The position numbers and the translations under genes are program-made. This document shows, one piece after another, positions 16,252 to 29,029 of a DNA stretch of 64,000 nt. The stretch is from Deinococcus sp. GTDB taxonomy: Bacteria > Deinococcota > Deinococci > Deinococcales > Deinococcaceae. The first letter of the stretch is position 1. Each line of letters begins with the position of its first letter. The stretch covers positions 1,152,001-1,216,000 of the forward strand of contig OZ253375.1 in NCBI GenBank assembly GCA_965261005.1, in the 5' to 3' direction. The notes beneath the pieces are model-generated. The model was given only the letters and a program-made list of their open reading frames with translations, had not been told where the DNA came from and did no database searches.

Positions 16252-17130
16252 CTAGCCTCCCCGCGCGAGCAGGTACACCAGCGGCATCCCCAGCGCCACG
16301 CCCAGCAGCCACGGGCTGAGCAGCGAGGCGGGGTACAGCGCGCGGGCGCGCGCCTCGCACGGGCGGCGCAGCAGGTCGAGGGCCAAGCCGCCGCTGAGGG
16401 TCCACAACACCAGCGCGCCCGCCGGGCCGTGCGGCCACAGCAGCGCGCCGGCGAGGGCGAACCAAGCGAGGCTCCAGCGGGCCGCGCCGCGCACGCCCAG
16501 CCACACCGCGATGGTCCGCACGCCCGCCGCCGCGTCCGCCCCCGTGTCCTGCGCGGCGTCAAAGGCGTGCTTGCCCACCGCCCAAGCCATCAGGGCGGCC
16601 AGCACGCCGAGGGGCGGCTGGGTATTCAGCAGCAGCGCGGGCACGACCAGCGGCAGGGCGTAGGCGACGTTGGCGAGCGAGTCAAGCGGCGCGCGCCCCT
16701 TGAGGCGCGCCGGGGGCAGCGAGTACAGCGCGAAGAGCGCGGCGCTCAGCAGCAAGACGCCAAGCGCCCCCGGCGGGTACCTGAGCGCGAAGTACAGCGC
16801 GAAGGGCAGGTTCAGCGCCAGGATGCTGAGCGGCAGCGGCCTCACCTCCCCGCGCCGCAGCCGCGCTCCTTGCCAGCCCCCCTTGCGCGCGCTCAGGGCG
16901 TCCTCGGCGCCGTCGCTCAGGTCGTTCAGGCCGTAGATCAGCAGGTTGTAGGGCCAAGTCAGCCACAGCAACAGGGCCAACACGTGTGGGTCCGGGGTCC
17001 ACAGCCGGCCCGCCAGCCACAAGCCCACCACGCCCACGCCCAGCGTGTTGATCCACAGCGCGGGCCGCGACACCAGCAGCAGCCGGGCGGGCCAAGCGAG
17101 CGTGAGGGGCTTGAGCGCGCGGCGTTCCAT
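16252..17130 (-). CDS. UbiA-family prenyltransferase (lycopene elongase-like)
   Basis: [31 protein letters not shown]...D motifs. Confidence 0.85.
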   Translation of the reverse strand: MERRALKPLTLAWPARLLLVSRPALWINTLGVGVVGLWLAGRLWTPDPHVLALLLWLTWPYNLLIYGLNDLSDGAEDALSARKGGWQGARLRRGEVRPLPLSILALNLPFALYFALRYPPGALGVLLLSAALFALYSLPPARLKGRAPLDSLANVAYALPLVVPALLLNTQPPLGVLAALMAWAVGKHAFDAAQDTGADAAAGVRTIAVWLGVRGAARWSLAWFALAGALLWPHGPAGALVLWTLSGGLALDLLRRPCEARARALYPASLLSPWLLGVALGMPLVYLLARGG

Positions 17131-17145
17131 GGGGGGCGCAGTCTA

Positions 17146-17988
17146 TCAACTGAAGGCGGTCTGCATGTCCTGGGCGCGCCGGGCGAGGTCGCCCAGGTTC
17201 GCGTATTCCAGGCCCAGCGCCGGCGCCACCACTTCGGTTGGCAGGTTGCCCACCAAGGCGTCGCCCGCGAAAGGACAGCCGCCCACGCCGCCCAGGGCGC
17301 CCTCGAACCACAGAATGCCCGCCTCACGCGCCGCCCCCATCAGTTCGAGGGCGCGCTCCGGCCGGCCGTGCAGGTGAACGCCCAAACCGGCCGCCCCGAA
17401 GCGCGCCACCGCTCCCCGGCAGACCTCCCCCACCAGGGCGGCGTCCGCTCGGCCCACCGTGTCGCTGAGCGCCACGTCCCACACGCCCAGATCGCGCAGC
17501 CGGGCCACGGCGTCCAGCGTCACCCCCGGCGACCACGCCTCGCCGTCGGGATTGCCGAAGCCCATCGAGAGGTAGACCACCAATCGCTTGCCCGCCCCAG
17601 CGACGAGGTCGCGCAACTCACCCAGCAGCGGCCACGACTCGGCGAGGCTCTTGCCGGTGTTGCGCCGCTGAAAGGCGTCCGAGACCGAGAGCGGGTAGCC
17701 CAAGCTGGTCAGCTTGGGCTGAGTCTGCGCGCGCTCCACGCCGCGCACGTTGGCGACGATGCACAGGTAGTCGCGCCCGGCCGGTTCCGGCAGGTCGGCC
17801 AGAACGCGCTCGGTGTCGGCCAACTGCGGCACGGCGGCGGGGCTAACCAGGGAGCCGAGGTCAAGGTGCCTAAAGCCCGCCGAGAGCAGCCCTTGCAGGT
17901 AGGCCACCTTTTCGGCGGTGGGGATGGGGCGGGTCAGCCCTTGCCAAGCGTCGCGCGGGCACTCCACGTACTGTATCCCTACCTTCAC
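17146..17988 (-). CDS. Hydroxymethylglutaryl-CoA lyase
   Basis: ECPRDAWQG, LSDTVG, GVHLH, GGVGGCPFA...GNLPTE. Confidence 0.92.
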   Translation of the reverse strand: MKVGIQYVECPRDAWQGLTRPIPTAEKVAYLQGLLSAGFRHLDLGSLVSPAAVPQLADTERVLADLPEPAGRDYLCIVANVRGVERAQTQPKLTSLGYPLSVSDAFQRRNTGKSLAESWPLLGELRDLVAGAGKRLVVYLSMGFGNPDGEAWSPGVTLDAVARLRDLGVWDVALSDTVGRADAALVGEVCRGAVARFGAAGLGVHLHGRPERALELMGAAREAGILWFEGALGGVGGCPFAGDALVGNLPTEVVAPALGLEYANLGDLARRAQDMQTAFS

Positions 17989-18070
17989 GCCACGAGTATA
18001 GAGAAGGAGGCAACGTCACAAGTCGTACCGACAACGTGAACCGGAACAGCTACAAATGTAGTGTGCCGGA

Positions 18071-18781
18071 ATGCCGGTTGCCGGAGGTCGCCTTGAACTA
18101 CGCCCACATCAACACCGAATGCAGCGCCGAATGTCCGCGCAACTGGCCCGCTCGGGAGCGCCCTTGAGCGCCCGCAAGCACCGGTATCAGCGCGGCGAGG
18201 TCATCTACCGCCAAGGCGAGACGGCCGGCGGCGTGTACCGGGCCGAGACCGGCTTCGTACGGCTGGCCAAGACCACCGGGCGCGGCCGGGTCATCACGCT
18301 ACGCCACGTGCTGCCCGGCGACTTTTTCGGCGAGGACGCGTTGGCGCCGGGCGGCCCGACCAGCCATCCGCACGGCGCCGAGGCCCTGACCGGGGCGAGC
18401 ATCGTGCGCCTTGAACCGGGGGACGTGCGGGGCGAGGTGCTGCTCGACTTGGCGCGCAGCCTCGGGGCGCAGTTGCGGCGCGCCATGAGCTTCGAGGTCC
18501 ACCTGCAAAGCGGCGACCTGCGGCAGCGCGTCGTGCGCTACCTGCTCGAACTCGCCGACACGCCGCTGGGCGCCGAGGACGCCGAGAACCGTTTGTACGT
18601 GCGCGCCACCCACGAGCTGCTGGCCGAGGGCAGCGCCAGCACCCGCGAAAGCGTCAGCAAGATCGTCACCGAACTGCGCGAGGCGGGCCTGATCGAGAGC
18701 GGCTACCGCCACATCACCCTGCTCGACTTGCCGGGCTTGCAGGCCGTGGCGACGCGCGCGGCGCTGGGGGAGCAGGGGTAA
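18071..18781 (+). CDS. Crp/Fnr family transcriptional regulator (start codon uncertain)
   Basis: PGDFFGE cNMP domain; ATHELLAEGSASTRESVSK HTH. Confidence 0.9.
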   Translation: MPVAGGRLELRPHQHRMQRRMSAQLARSGAPLSARKHRYQRGEVIYRQGETAGGVYRAETGFVRLAKTTGRGRVITLRHVLPGDFFGEDALAPGGPTSHPHGAEALTGASIVRLEPGDVRGEVLLDLARSLGAQLRRAMSFEVHLQSGDLRQRVVRYLLELADTPLGAEDAENRLYVRATHELLAEGSASTRESVSKIVTELREAGLIESGYRHITLLDLPGLQAVATRAALGEQG

Positions 18782-18799
18782 GGTTAAGAAGGAGGCAAT

Positions 18800-19675
<876 letters not shown>

Positions 19676-19737
19676 GGCAGTAAACAGGGGCAACGGGCCG
19701 CACAATGCCCGCGCGCCCGCGCGGCTATGCTGGGCGC

Positions 19738-20049
19738 ATGGAAGAAGTCAACCCCACAGAAGGCCGGCGCCGCGTGCAAGGGGGCGCCCTGCTGCTCGAC
19801 GTGCGCGAACCCGACGAATACGCCGAGGTTCACGCCGAGGACGCCCAGCTGATGCCGCTGTCGAGCCTTGAGAACAGCTACCAGCAGCTCGACCAAGGGC
19901 GCGACCTCGTGGTGATCTGCCGCTCGGGCGCCCGCTCGGCGCGGGCGGCGCAATTTCTGCTGGAGCGCGGCTACCACGCCGTCAATTTGGAGGGCGGTAC
20001 CCAGGCTTGGGAAGCCCAGGACTTGCCGGTCGAGAAGGGTGGGGCCTGA
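19738..20049 (+). CDS. Rhodanese-like protein
   Basis: LDVREPDEY, CRSGARS, NLEGGTQAW. Confidence 0.9.
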   Translation: MEEVNPTEGRRRVQGGALLLDVREPDEYAEVHAEDAQLMPLSSLENSYQQLDQGRDLVVICRSGARSARAAQFLLERGYHAVNLEGGTQAWEAQDLPVEKGGA

Positions 20050-20450
20050 TGGACGACCGCTTGCAAAGCTTGATGGACGAGGAGGAAAACACCGACCCCG
20101 TGCCCACCGCGCCCGCCGCGCCGATCACGGATGATCTGCCTTCAAAGGCGCAGGTCCTCGAAGCCCTCAAGATCGTCAAGGACCCCGAAATTCCCGTGAA
20201 CGTGGTGGACTTGGGCTTGATCTACGAGGTGGACATCGCGGCGGGCGGCGCGGTGGACATCACCATGACCCTCACCTCGGTCGGCTGCCCGGTGCAGGAC
20301 ATGATCCGCGCCGACGCCGAAATGGCCGTGATGCGCCTGGACGGCGTGAACGAGGTCAACGTGGACTTCGTGTGGACGCCGCCCTGGGGTCCCGACAAGA
20401 TGACCGAGGATGGCAAGCGACAGATGCGCATGTTCGGCTTCAACGTGTAG
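20049..20450 (+). CDS. Metal-sulfur cluster assembly factor (DUF59/SufT)
   Basis: DPEIPVNVVDLGLIY, TLTSVGCP, WTPPW. Confidence 0.92.
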   Translation: MDDRLQSLMDEEENTDPVPTAPAAPITDDLPSKAQVLEALKIVKDPEIPVNVVDLGLIYEVDIAAGGAVDITMTLTSVGCPVQDMIRADAEMAVMRLDGVNEVNVDFVWTPPWGPDKMTEDGKRQMRMFGFNV

Positions 20451-20473
20451 GCATGTATAGAGAGTAGATAGAC

Positions 20474-20502
20474 GTAGGGGAGGGTTTCAAGCCCTCCCCT
20501 AC
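20474..20502. repeat. REP-like GTAG palindrome, copy 1
   Basis: GTAGGGGAGGGTTTCAAGCCCTCCCCTAC. Confidence 0.85.
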
Positions 20503-20537
20503 GCGCGTTTTCATGAAACTCTTTACGGAACTGTCGT

Positions 20538-21023
20538 TCAGCTGGGCGGCAGCAGCACCGTGTCAATGACGTGAATGACGCCGTTGACCGCCGGAATGTC
20601 CGTATCGGTGACGGTCGCGTCGTTCACCTTGACGGTACCGTCCTCGGCGGAGATGTTCAGGTTGGCCCCCTGCACGGTCTTGGCGGTGCTGAGGCGCACA
20701 ACCTGCGCGCTGGTCACGCGGCCGAGCACCACGTGGTAGAGCAGCACGTTTTTCAGCGCGGCTGGGTCGTTCAGCAGGGACTGTAACTGGTCACTCGGAA
20801 CCTTGGCGAAGGCGGCGTTGGTGGGCGCGAACACCGTGAACGGCCCGGCGCTATTCAGCGTGTCCACCAAACCTGCCGCCTGCACGGCCGTGAGCAGGGT
20901 GCTGAAGTTCGGGTCGCCGGAGACGACCTCCGCGATGGTCTGCCCACCGCCCCCGCCGGCGTACGATCCAGAGGCAGCGAGAAAGGCGGAAAGGGCGGCG
21001 ACGGCCATGACTTTCGCGTTCAT
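20538..21023 (-). CDS. Fasciclin (FAS1) domain secreted protein
   Basis: Signal peptide, FTVFAPTNAAF, LLYHVV, NGVIHVIDTVL. Confidence 0.95.
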   Translation of the reverse strand: MNAKVMAVAALSAFLAASGSYAGGGGGQTIAEVVSGDPNFSTLLTAVQAAGLVDTLNSAGPFTVFAPTNAAFAKVPSDQLQSLLNDPAALKNVLLYHVVLGRVTSAQVVRLSTAKTVQGANLNISAEDGTVKVNDATVTDTDIPAVNGVIHVIDTVLLPPS

Positions 21024-21182
21024 GCGTACTCCTTCCGGAAACCGGCTCGGCTTCCGTGGCGCGCCGGATGTGCGGCGCAGTCCGGTCAGCTTGGCAAGAA
21101 AGGGACGTCGGGACCGTAAGGTTTACAGATGTGTGCAAAAGACAACAGCGGGAAATACAATGTGGAAATATCTCCGCACGTT

Positions 21183-21211
21183 GTAGGGGAGGGTTTGAAA
21201 CCCTCCCCTAC
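21183..21211. repeat. REP-like GTAG palindrome, copy 2 (inverted relative to copy 1)
   Basis: GTAGGGGAGGGTTTGAAACCCTCCCCTAC; its reverse complement matches copy 1 at 28/29 positions. Confidence 0.85.
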
Positions 21212-21235
21212 CCACATTTCGGCATATCCGCCGAC

Positions 21236-22444
21236 CTAATCCCCCGCCGCCACCGTGCCCGCGCCGCCGCGAAAGGCAAAGACCGCCACGGCCAGCAGCG
21301 CCAGCAGCAGCGCGCCCGAAAAGGTGTACGGCCCGGCGGCCGACACCCGTTGGTACAGCGCCGTGCCGATCAAGGGGCCAAGCATACGCCCGAGGGCGAG
21401 GGCGCTCGAATTCAGGCCGGCCACTTTCCCCTGCTCGCCCGACCCCGCCTTGAGGGATAGCGCGGCCGACAAGCTCGGCCCCAGCAGCGCCGAGCCGACG
21501 CCGACCAGGCCGAGGGCGCCCGTGATGGTCCAAAAGGTCGCGGCGTGCGGAATGAACAGCATGCCCGCGCCCATCACGGCCAAGCCTATGGGAATCAGCT
21601 GGCCCGGAGAAAAGCGCTTAAAGAGGGGGCGCGCACCCTGCACCGCCGCCGCCAAAAAGCCGAACACCGCCAGCATCTCGCCGATGGTGCGCACGGCCTG
21701 CACCCCGCTGACGCGCAATCGGTCTTGCACGTAGAAGCCGATGGTCTGCTCCATGCCCACGCTCGCGAGGGTGTACAGCGCCGAGAGCAACAGCAGCAGC
21801 GGCAGGCCGGGCAGCCGCAACAAGTCCCAGCGCCTCCACCGAACCGCCGTTTGGTCGCCCGGTTGCCGCGACTCGCGCAGCACCAGATGGGCAAACAGGG
21901 CCGTCAGCAACCCCAGGCCCGCCGAGAAGTACACCGGCGCCAGCAGGCCCAGCGTGGAGAGCACGGCTCCTAGGGCCGGCCCGAACACCACGCCCAGGCC
22001 GAAGGCGGCCCCGATCAGGCCCATCGCGGCGGCGCGGTCCTCACGTCCGCTGAGGTCGGCCATGCTGGCTTGGGCGGTCGGCAGCGTGGCGCTGGAGATG
22101 GCCCCGCCCACGACGCGCGACAAGACCAACAGGACAAAGAGCGTCCCGCCGGACAGCAGCCCACGCAGCCCGAGGCTGGCGAACAGCCCGAACAAGCCGA
22201 ACGAGAGGGCAAATCCGACCAGCCCGAGGACCAGCACCGGCCTCCGCCCGACCCGCTCCGAACGCGCCCCCCACAGCGGCGCGCAGATGAATTGCAGCAA
22301 GCTGTACACCGTGCTGAAGGCCCCCACTTGGGTGGCGCTCAGGCCCAGGGCGCGGCCCAGCGGGGCCAGCACGGGAAACAGCACCGACAGGCCCAGCATG
22401 GCGACGAAGATGGTCAGAAACAGCACGGCGCGGGGGTTTCGCAC
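21236..22444 (-). CDS. MFS transporter (TetA/DHA1-like)
   Basis: [14 protein letters not shown] motif [10 protein letters not shown] motif C, about 12 TM segments. Confidence 0.92.
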   Translation of the reverse strand: MRNPRAVLFLTIFVAMLGLSVLFPVLAPLGRALGLSATQVGAFSTVYSLLQFICAPLWGARSERVGRRPVLVLGLVGFALSFGLFGLFASLGLRGLLSGGTLFVLLVLSRVVGGAISSATLPTAQASMADLSGREDRAAAMGLIGAAFGLGVVFGPALGAVLSTLGLLAPVYFSAGLGLLTALFAHLVLRESRQPGDQTAVRWRRWDLLRLPGLPLLLLLSALYTLASVGMEQTIGFYVQDRLRVSGVQAVRTIGEMLAVFGFLAAAVQGARPLFKRFSPGQLIPIGLAVMGAGMLFIPHAATFWTITGALGLVGVGSALLGPSLSAALSLKAGSGEQGKVAGLNSSALALGRMLGPLIGTALYQRVSAAGPYTFSGALLLALLAVAVFAFRGGAGTVAAGD

Positions 22445-22525
22445 GAGAGGAGGCTAGCACCGGCGGCGCGGCGAACCGAAGGCGTTTTGTCCTTATGGTT
22501 CTAAAGTGAAACCGGAAGAGTGAAC

Positions 22526-22804
22526 GGGTGCATCCCTGAAGAGCGGGAAGATGAGCAGGGCAACCGCAAAGTCAGCGCTTGATCTTTTTTCCTCCCCCCT
22601 TGCGGGGGAGCGCGAAGCACCCCGAAGGGAGGGCCGGGGAGGGGGGTAACGCGGAGTGCGTGTGGGCCGGCTCGTTTACCCCCCCCCCTCCCAACCTCCC
22701 CCGCTAGGGGGGAGGAATTCTGGGTGCAATTTTGCCCTCGTTTCAGGACTTTGCGCTTGCCCTAGTCATCAAGCCTTTCCTTCCCACTGATCTGAGATGC
22801 ACCC
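22526..22804. mobile_element. Nested non-autonomous MITE-like element
   Basis: Outer TIRs GGGTGCATC... match at 20/25 (22526-22550 vs 22780-22804). Inner TIRs AGGGCAACCGCAAAGTC match at 16/17 (22557-22573 vs 22747-22763). GC-rich internal palindrome at ~22589-22716. No ORF and no TSD. Confidence 0.7.
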
Positions 22805-23260
22805 ATGTTCCTGACCGGCCCGTGGGACATGGGCGACATCAAAAAGGCGGGCGTTGACTACGGCATCGCCGCCGTGCCCACCCCGCCCGGCGCGAACAGT
22901 GACTGGAGTCCCTTCGTGGGCGTGCAGGGCGTGATGCTCAACGCCTACAGCAAGCAAAAGGCGGTCGCGGCGCAGTTCGCCAAGTCGCTGGTGACGCCGG
23001 GAGCGCAGGTCAGCTTCAACAAGGCGGGCGGGCGCATTCCGGTCAGCAAGGCGGCCACCGCGCAGCTGAAGGGCGACCCGGTCGTGGCGGGCTTTTCCAA
23101 GGTGATCGCCCAGGGAACCCCCATGCCCAACGTGCCGCAGATGGGCGCCGTGTGGGGTCCCTGGACGGCGGCGGTGACGCAGGGCACCACCAAACCCAGC
23201 CCCGATTACAAAGGCATTCTCGACAACGCCGTCAAGGAGATCAACAGCAACGTCAAGTGA
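22805..23260 (+). pseudogene. malE: 5'-truncated maltose/maltodextrin-binding protein (C-terminal ~150 aa only)
   Basis: Starts at the internal MFLTGPW motif; PFVGVQG and PMPNVPQMGAVW present; no signal peptide; directly abuts the MITE end. Confidence 0.85.
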
Positions 23261-23371
23261 ACAGGGCGCTTTTGAGGACGAGACGTGCGCTCGTCCCCTT
23301 TTCGTAGCCAGGCGTGAGCACCCTTGAGCGAACCCGGCCGCCCATTCGTTTCTCTCGGGAGGAGTGACCAC

Positions 23372-24762
23372 ATGACCGTTTCCCTGCGCAATTCGACGAC
23401 GCCGGAGGGTTCGCGGGGTCTGTTCATCGCCCTGGCGGTGCTGCTCGGCATGCTGGCCGTCTGCGGCCTGGTCGCTTGGGGGGTCAGCAGCCTGATCGGG
23501 GCCAGTTTTCCCACGGCGCCCGCTTGGCTGGTCCTGCTGTTTCTGGCGGCGGCGCTCATTCCGGCGATGCTGTTCGTGGCGCGCGCCTTTCCCTGGATCA
23601 CCAACTGGTACTACCTGCTGCCGGCCATCGTGGTGCTGGCGGCCTTTACGGTCTTTCCCATCGTGATGACCGTCAACTTCGCCTTTACCAACTACAGCGG
23701 CCTCAACTCGGGCTTTCCCGACACCTCGTACAAGACCCCCATCACGCTCTCGGGGGACCGGCGGGAAGTGACCTTCGGCGAGATTCCGGGCCACTTCAAG
23801 ACCTTGCGGGGCCTCTTCGGCTGCGAGGGCGCGACGTGCGCCGGGCGGCCCATCACCCTGTACGACAAGCAGGGCTTCGCCCCCGTCACCGTCACCATCG
23901 AGCGGGTGCAGGGCGACACCGTCACCCTCGCGGCGCCGGTGAGCGCGGCCTTTGTGCCCACCGACGCGACGCGCGTGAACACCTACGGCTACGTGGGCCT
24001 TTCTCAGTTTCAGCAAATTTTCGGGCAGGCGACGGCGGCGCTGTGGCCGGTGTTCGCCTGGACGCTCGTTTTCGCGGCCAGCACCGTTGTTATCAACGCG
24101 GTGGCCGGCCTGATCCTGGGCATTTTGCTCAACAACAAGAACCTCAAGTTCCGCAACGTCTACCGCACGCTGCTGTTTTTGCCGTGGGCCATCCCGACGG
24201 TGATCAGCATTCCCATGTGGGGCGCCCTGATGAACCAGCAGTTCGGCGTCATGAACCGCGCCCTCGGTTTGCTCGGGCCCAACCCGGTTCCCTGGCTGAC
24301 CGACGGCCTCTGGATCAAGATCGCCATTTTGCTGGTGAACCTTTGGCTGGGCTTTCCGTACATGATGACGGCGACCTTGGCCGCCCTGGCGACCATTCCC
24401 GACGACATCTACGAGGCGGCCGACATCGACGGCGCCAGCGGTTGGCAAAAGGTCCGCAACATCACGCTGCCCATGCTGCGCGGCGCTTTCACGCCGATTC
24501 TGCTGTCGGGCTTCGCCTTTAACTTCAACAACTTCGGCGTCGTGTACCTGCTCACCCCCGCCCCGCCCCCGGTGGAGGGCCGGGTCAGCACCGCGTCGGC
24601 GGCCGACATCCTGCTGTCGTGGGGCTACAAGACCGCCTTCAGCGCCAACGGCGGGCAGAACTTCGCGCTCGCCAGCGCCATCGCGGTCGTGATCGCCGTG
24701 CTCACCATCGGCATCAGCGTCCTCAACTTCCGCGCGGCCGGCGTGTTCAGGGAGGCCCGCCG

Positions 24763-24766
<4 letters not shown>
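23372..24766 (+). CDS. malF: Maltose ABC permease MalF-like
   Basis: FAFTNY, periplasmic loop, [26 protein letters not shown]. Confidence 0.9.
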
Positions 24767-26136
<1,370 letters not shown>

Positions 26137-26228
26137 GGGAGAAGAAGCTGTTGACAGGCGCTTCTATAGGGTGAGATAACGGCTTCGGCGCCCCGCGCCA
26201 TAACCCACAGGCAACGCATGTCCCTTTC

Positions 26229-26263
26229 GGGCACGACCTCTTTGTAGAGGTCGTGCCCTTTCT
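26229..26263 (+). terminator. Intrinsic terminator-like hairpin between malG and the GH13 gene
   Basis: 13-bp stem GGGCACGACCTCT/AGAGGTCGTGCCC followed by TTTCT. Confidence 0.7.
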
Positions 26264-26275
26264 ATTGGAGGACCC

Positions 26276-28113
26276 ATGACCCGACCGCCTAATGCCGTCC
26301 TCGCCGACCTGCCTGCCCAGCACGACCACACCCCCGGCTACACCAGCCGCCTGGGCGCCGAGGTGGGTGAGACCATCACGCTGCGGCTGAGGACCAGTTT
26401 GCCCGTCACGGAAGTCCGGCTCAAGCTGCTCGAATACGGCGAGATCGTGACCCGACCCACGCGGGAGGTTTCACCTCTGGACGGGCAAGGGAAGTGGTTC
26501 GAGGTCGCCCTGAAATTGCACGGGCGCAGGGTCAGCTACGCTTGGCAGCTGCTGTTGCCGGACGACACCCTCAACTTGACCATGGCTGGCCTGCACCACG
26601 CCCGGCGGCCGTACCGCGACTGGTTCCACTACCTGGCGGGATATCAGGCGCCCGAGTGGGCCTGGCAAAGCGTTTTTTACCAGATTTTCCCCGACCGCTT
26701 TAGGAACGGCGACCCATTGAGCGACGTGCGGACGGGCGAGTACGTCTACGCCGGGCGCGAGGTCGTCCAGGTGGACTGGGACGAAGCCCCCACCCGCAAT
26801 CTCGACATCCACGCGCACTACGGCGGGGACCTCGTGGGGGTCACGCAGGCGATGCCCTATCTGGCGGGCCTGGGCGTGAACGCCCTGTGGTTGACGCCCA
26901 TCTTCACCAGCCCCAGCGCGCACCGCTACGACATCAGCGATTACCGCGCGGTGGACCCACACCTGGGCGGCGACGGCGCCTTCGACGCCATGCTGCTCTC
27001 GGCGACGGACCACGGCATCCGCATTGTCCTCGACGGCGTCTTCAACCACGTCGGCAGCGAGAACCCGCTGTTTCAAAGGGCGCTGGCGAGCTTGGAGGCG
27101 CCCGAGCGGGCCATGTTCACCTTCCGGGACGCCGGGGCAGGCCAGCCGCCCTACGCCGCCTTTTTTGACGTGGCGACCTTGCCCAAGCTGGACTTCGCCG
27201 CGCCGGCGGCCGTGAACGAGTTTTTGGAGGGCGAGGAGAGCGTGGTGCGCGCCTGGCTGCGGCGGGGCGTGGCGGGCTGGCGCCTCGACGTGGCGCAGCA
27301 GCTCGGCGTGGGCGGCACCGACGAGGGCAACCTGGAGCTGCACGCGCGTCTCAAAAGGGCGGCCCGCCAGGAGCGGCCCGACGCCTATATCTTCGGTGAG
27401 CGCTTCTTCGATGCGGAGACGGCCCTGAGCGGCGAGGGCGAGGACGGCGTGATGAACTACCACGGTCTCGGCTTGCCGCTGATGGAGTGGCTTTCGGGCG
27501 CCCAGTATCAGGGGTTGCCCTCAAGCATGGGCGCGGCGGAGCTGCTCGACTTGCTGTGGGACGCCTACCACGTCTTGTCGCCACAGATCGCCCTCAACCA
27601 GTTCAACTTGCTCGACTCGCACGACATTCCGCGCGCCCTGTCGCGGCTGGGCGGCGACAAGACCAAGCTGCGCGCCGCCCTGACACTGCTGCTGAGCTAT
27701 CCCGGCGTGCCGTGCCTGTACTACGGCACCGAGATCGGGCTGAGCCAAACGGAGCAAGGGGCAATGCCCTTTAACCGGGGCACCATGCCGTGGGACGAGG
27801 AACGGTGGGATCAAGATTTGCTTGCCTTTGCGAAGCGCTTGATCGGGGTGAGGCGCGAAACGCTGGCCCTGCAACGGGGAACCTGCGCCTGCTGCTGCAA
27901 GAGGAAGACGCCATCGGCTATCTGAGAACGTACACGCACGCGGACGGCCGTGCCGAGCGGGTCGCCGTGCTGGGTAGCCGCCGGGACGGGGCGCACGAGG
28001 TCGCGCTCACGCTGCCTTCCGACGAGTGGCGCGACGCCTTTTCGGGCGAGGCGATCCTCAGCGGCGCGGTCAGGCTGAACCTGGCGGGCGGACGGCTGCT
28101 GCTGGACTCCTAA
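26276..28113 (+). pseudogene. GH13 maltodextrin glucosidase / alpha-amylase with a frameshift near 27878
   Basis: YQIFPDRF, DGVFNH, GWRLDVA, LLDSHD, YYGTEIG. The C-terminus (NLRLLLQEEDAIGY...) continues in another frame after a GGGG run. Confidence 0.8.
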
Positions 28114-28125
28114 ACTGGCCCACGC

Positions 28126-28980
28126 TCAGGCCTCGCCCATCATCAGGCCCTCAATGGTGTGGCCCTGCCGGATGGGTTCCAACTCGTCCACCAAGCGGTA
28201 TGTCAGGTGCTCGCGAACCGTCTCTGACAGTGTTTGGTCGAACGCTCGGGTGATCTGGAGGTCGTGCCGCTCGGCGTTGTTGGCGCCCGGCGCGTCCACT
28301 CCCAGGACCAGCACCGGGCGGGACTTGTCAGAATGGTTGGCGGTGCCGCGGTGAATGGTCAGGGCGCTTCTCACCGATACGTCGCCCATCTTGGGCAGCT
28401 TGCGTTGCGCGCGCGCCTCGTAGCGCGGGTAGAGCGACTTGGGCGGAAACATCTCGTACTCGAAGCCCTCCGGCAGGTCCCATTGGGTGCCGGGCGCGAT
28501 CTCAAAGGGACCCATGTCCTCGGTGGTGTCCACCAGCGTGAGGTTAAAGGCGAGCGAGTTGAGCCGCCGCCCCAAGAGCGTGTCCTCCGGCGCCGGAAAG
28601 TCGCGGTGCCACGGCTGGTTGACGGCGCCGGGACCGGGCACGTCAAAGCCGATCTCGACGATCTTGTAGTCGGGTCCCAGCACGGCCTCGCACACGGCGG
28701 CGACCCAAGGGTGCGTGACGAGATCCAGAAAGCCGCTCACGTCCTCGGGGTGAATTTCCACGTAGTGGCGCTTGGGGCCGCGCCCGACTGCGCCGCCGGG
28801 CCGCTGGAGCGCCGCCTGATACAGCGCGTCCACCTCTTCCCGCATGCGCTGCACCCAGGCGCGCTCGAAGGCGCCCTTGTGCCCCAGAGTGCCGTCGCCG
28901 TACAGGCCACCCATCAAGGTCGCGGTGTCGAACTGTCCTGTGCCGAGTGGCCGAGTCTGCGCTTCGCCCGTGCTGGTCAT
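28126..28980 (-). CDS. Phytanoyl-CoA dioxygenase (PhyH) family 2OG-Fe(II) oxygenase
   Basis: QPWHRD (HxD), GPFEIAPGT, IHRGTANHSDKSR. Confidence 0.85.
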   Translation of the reverse strand: MTSTGEAQTRPLGTGQFDTATLMGGLYGDGTLGHKGAFERAWVQRMREEVDALYQAALQRPGGAVGRGPKRHYVEIHPEDVSGFLDLVTHPWVAAVCEAVLGPDYKIVEIGFDVPGPGAVNQPWHRDFPAPEDTLLGRRLNSLAFNLTLVDTTEDMGPFEIAPGTQWDLPEGFEYEMFPPKSLYPRYEARAQRKLPKMGDVSVRSALTIHRGTANHSDKSRPVLVLGVDAPGANNAERHDLQITRAFDQTLSETVREHLTYRLVDELEPIRQGHTIEGLMMGEA

Positions 28981-29029
28981 ACGCCCCTCCTCGAAAAGTT
29001 TTCTTTAGCATACAGCAGTGTGAGGACCT

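Noticed and set aside
16075..18039. Long alternative ORFs (654 aa here; also 22769-24448, 34437-36227, 54179-55651 and others)
   Set aside because: Antisense or shadow frames of real genes in high-GC DNA, with Arg/Ala/Gly-rich low-information translations.
18093..18167. Out-of-frame TTG mini-ORF behind the GGAGG at the Crp gene
   Set aside because: Could indicate a start-site ambiguity or a frameshift, but in-frame ATGs exist and it cannot be resolved without homologues.
22589..22716. CRISPR array or tRNA
   Set aside because: Inverted rather than regularly spaced direct repeats; no cloverleaf; no cas genes in the window.
26180..26230. Fluoride or other known riboswitch
   Set aside because: Only superficial GGC...GCCAUAA similarity; conserved GAUG and pseudoknot elements are absent.
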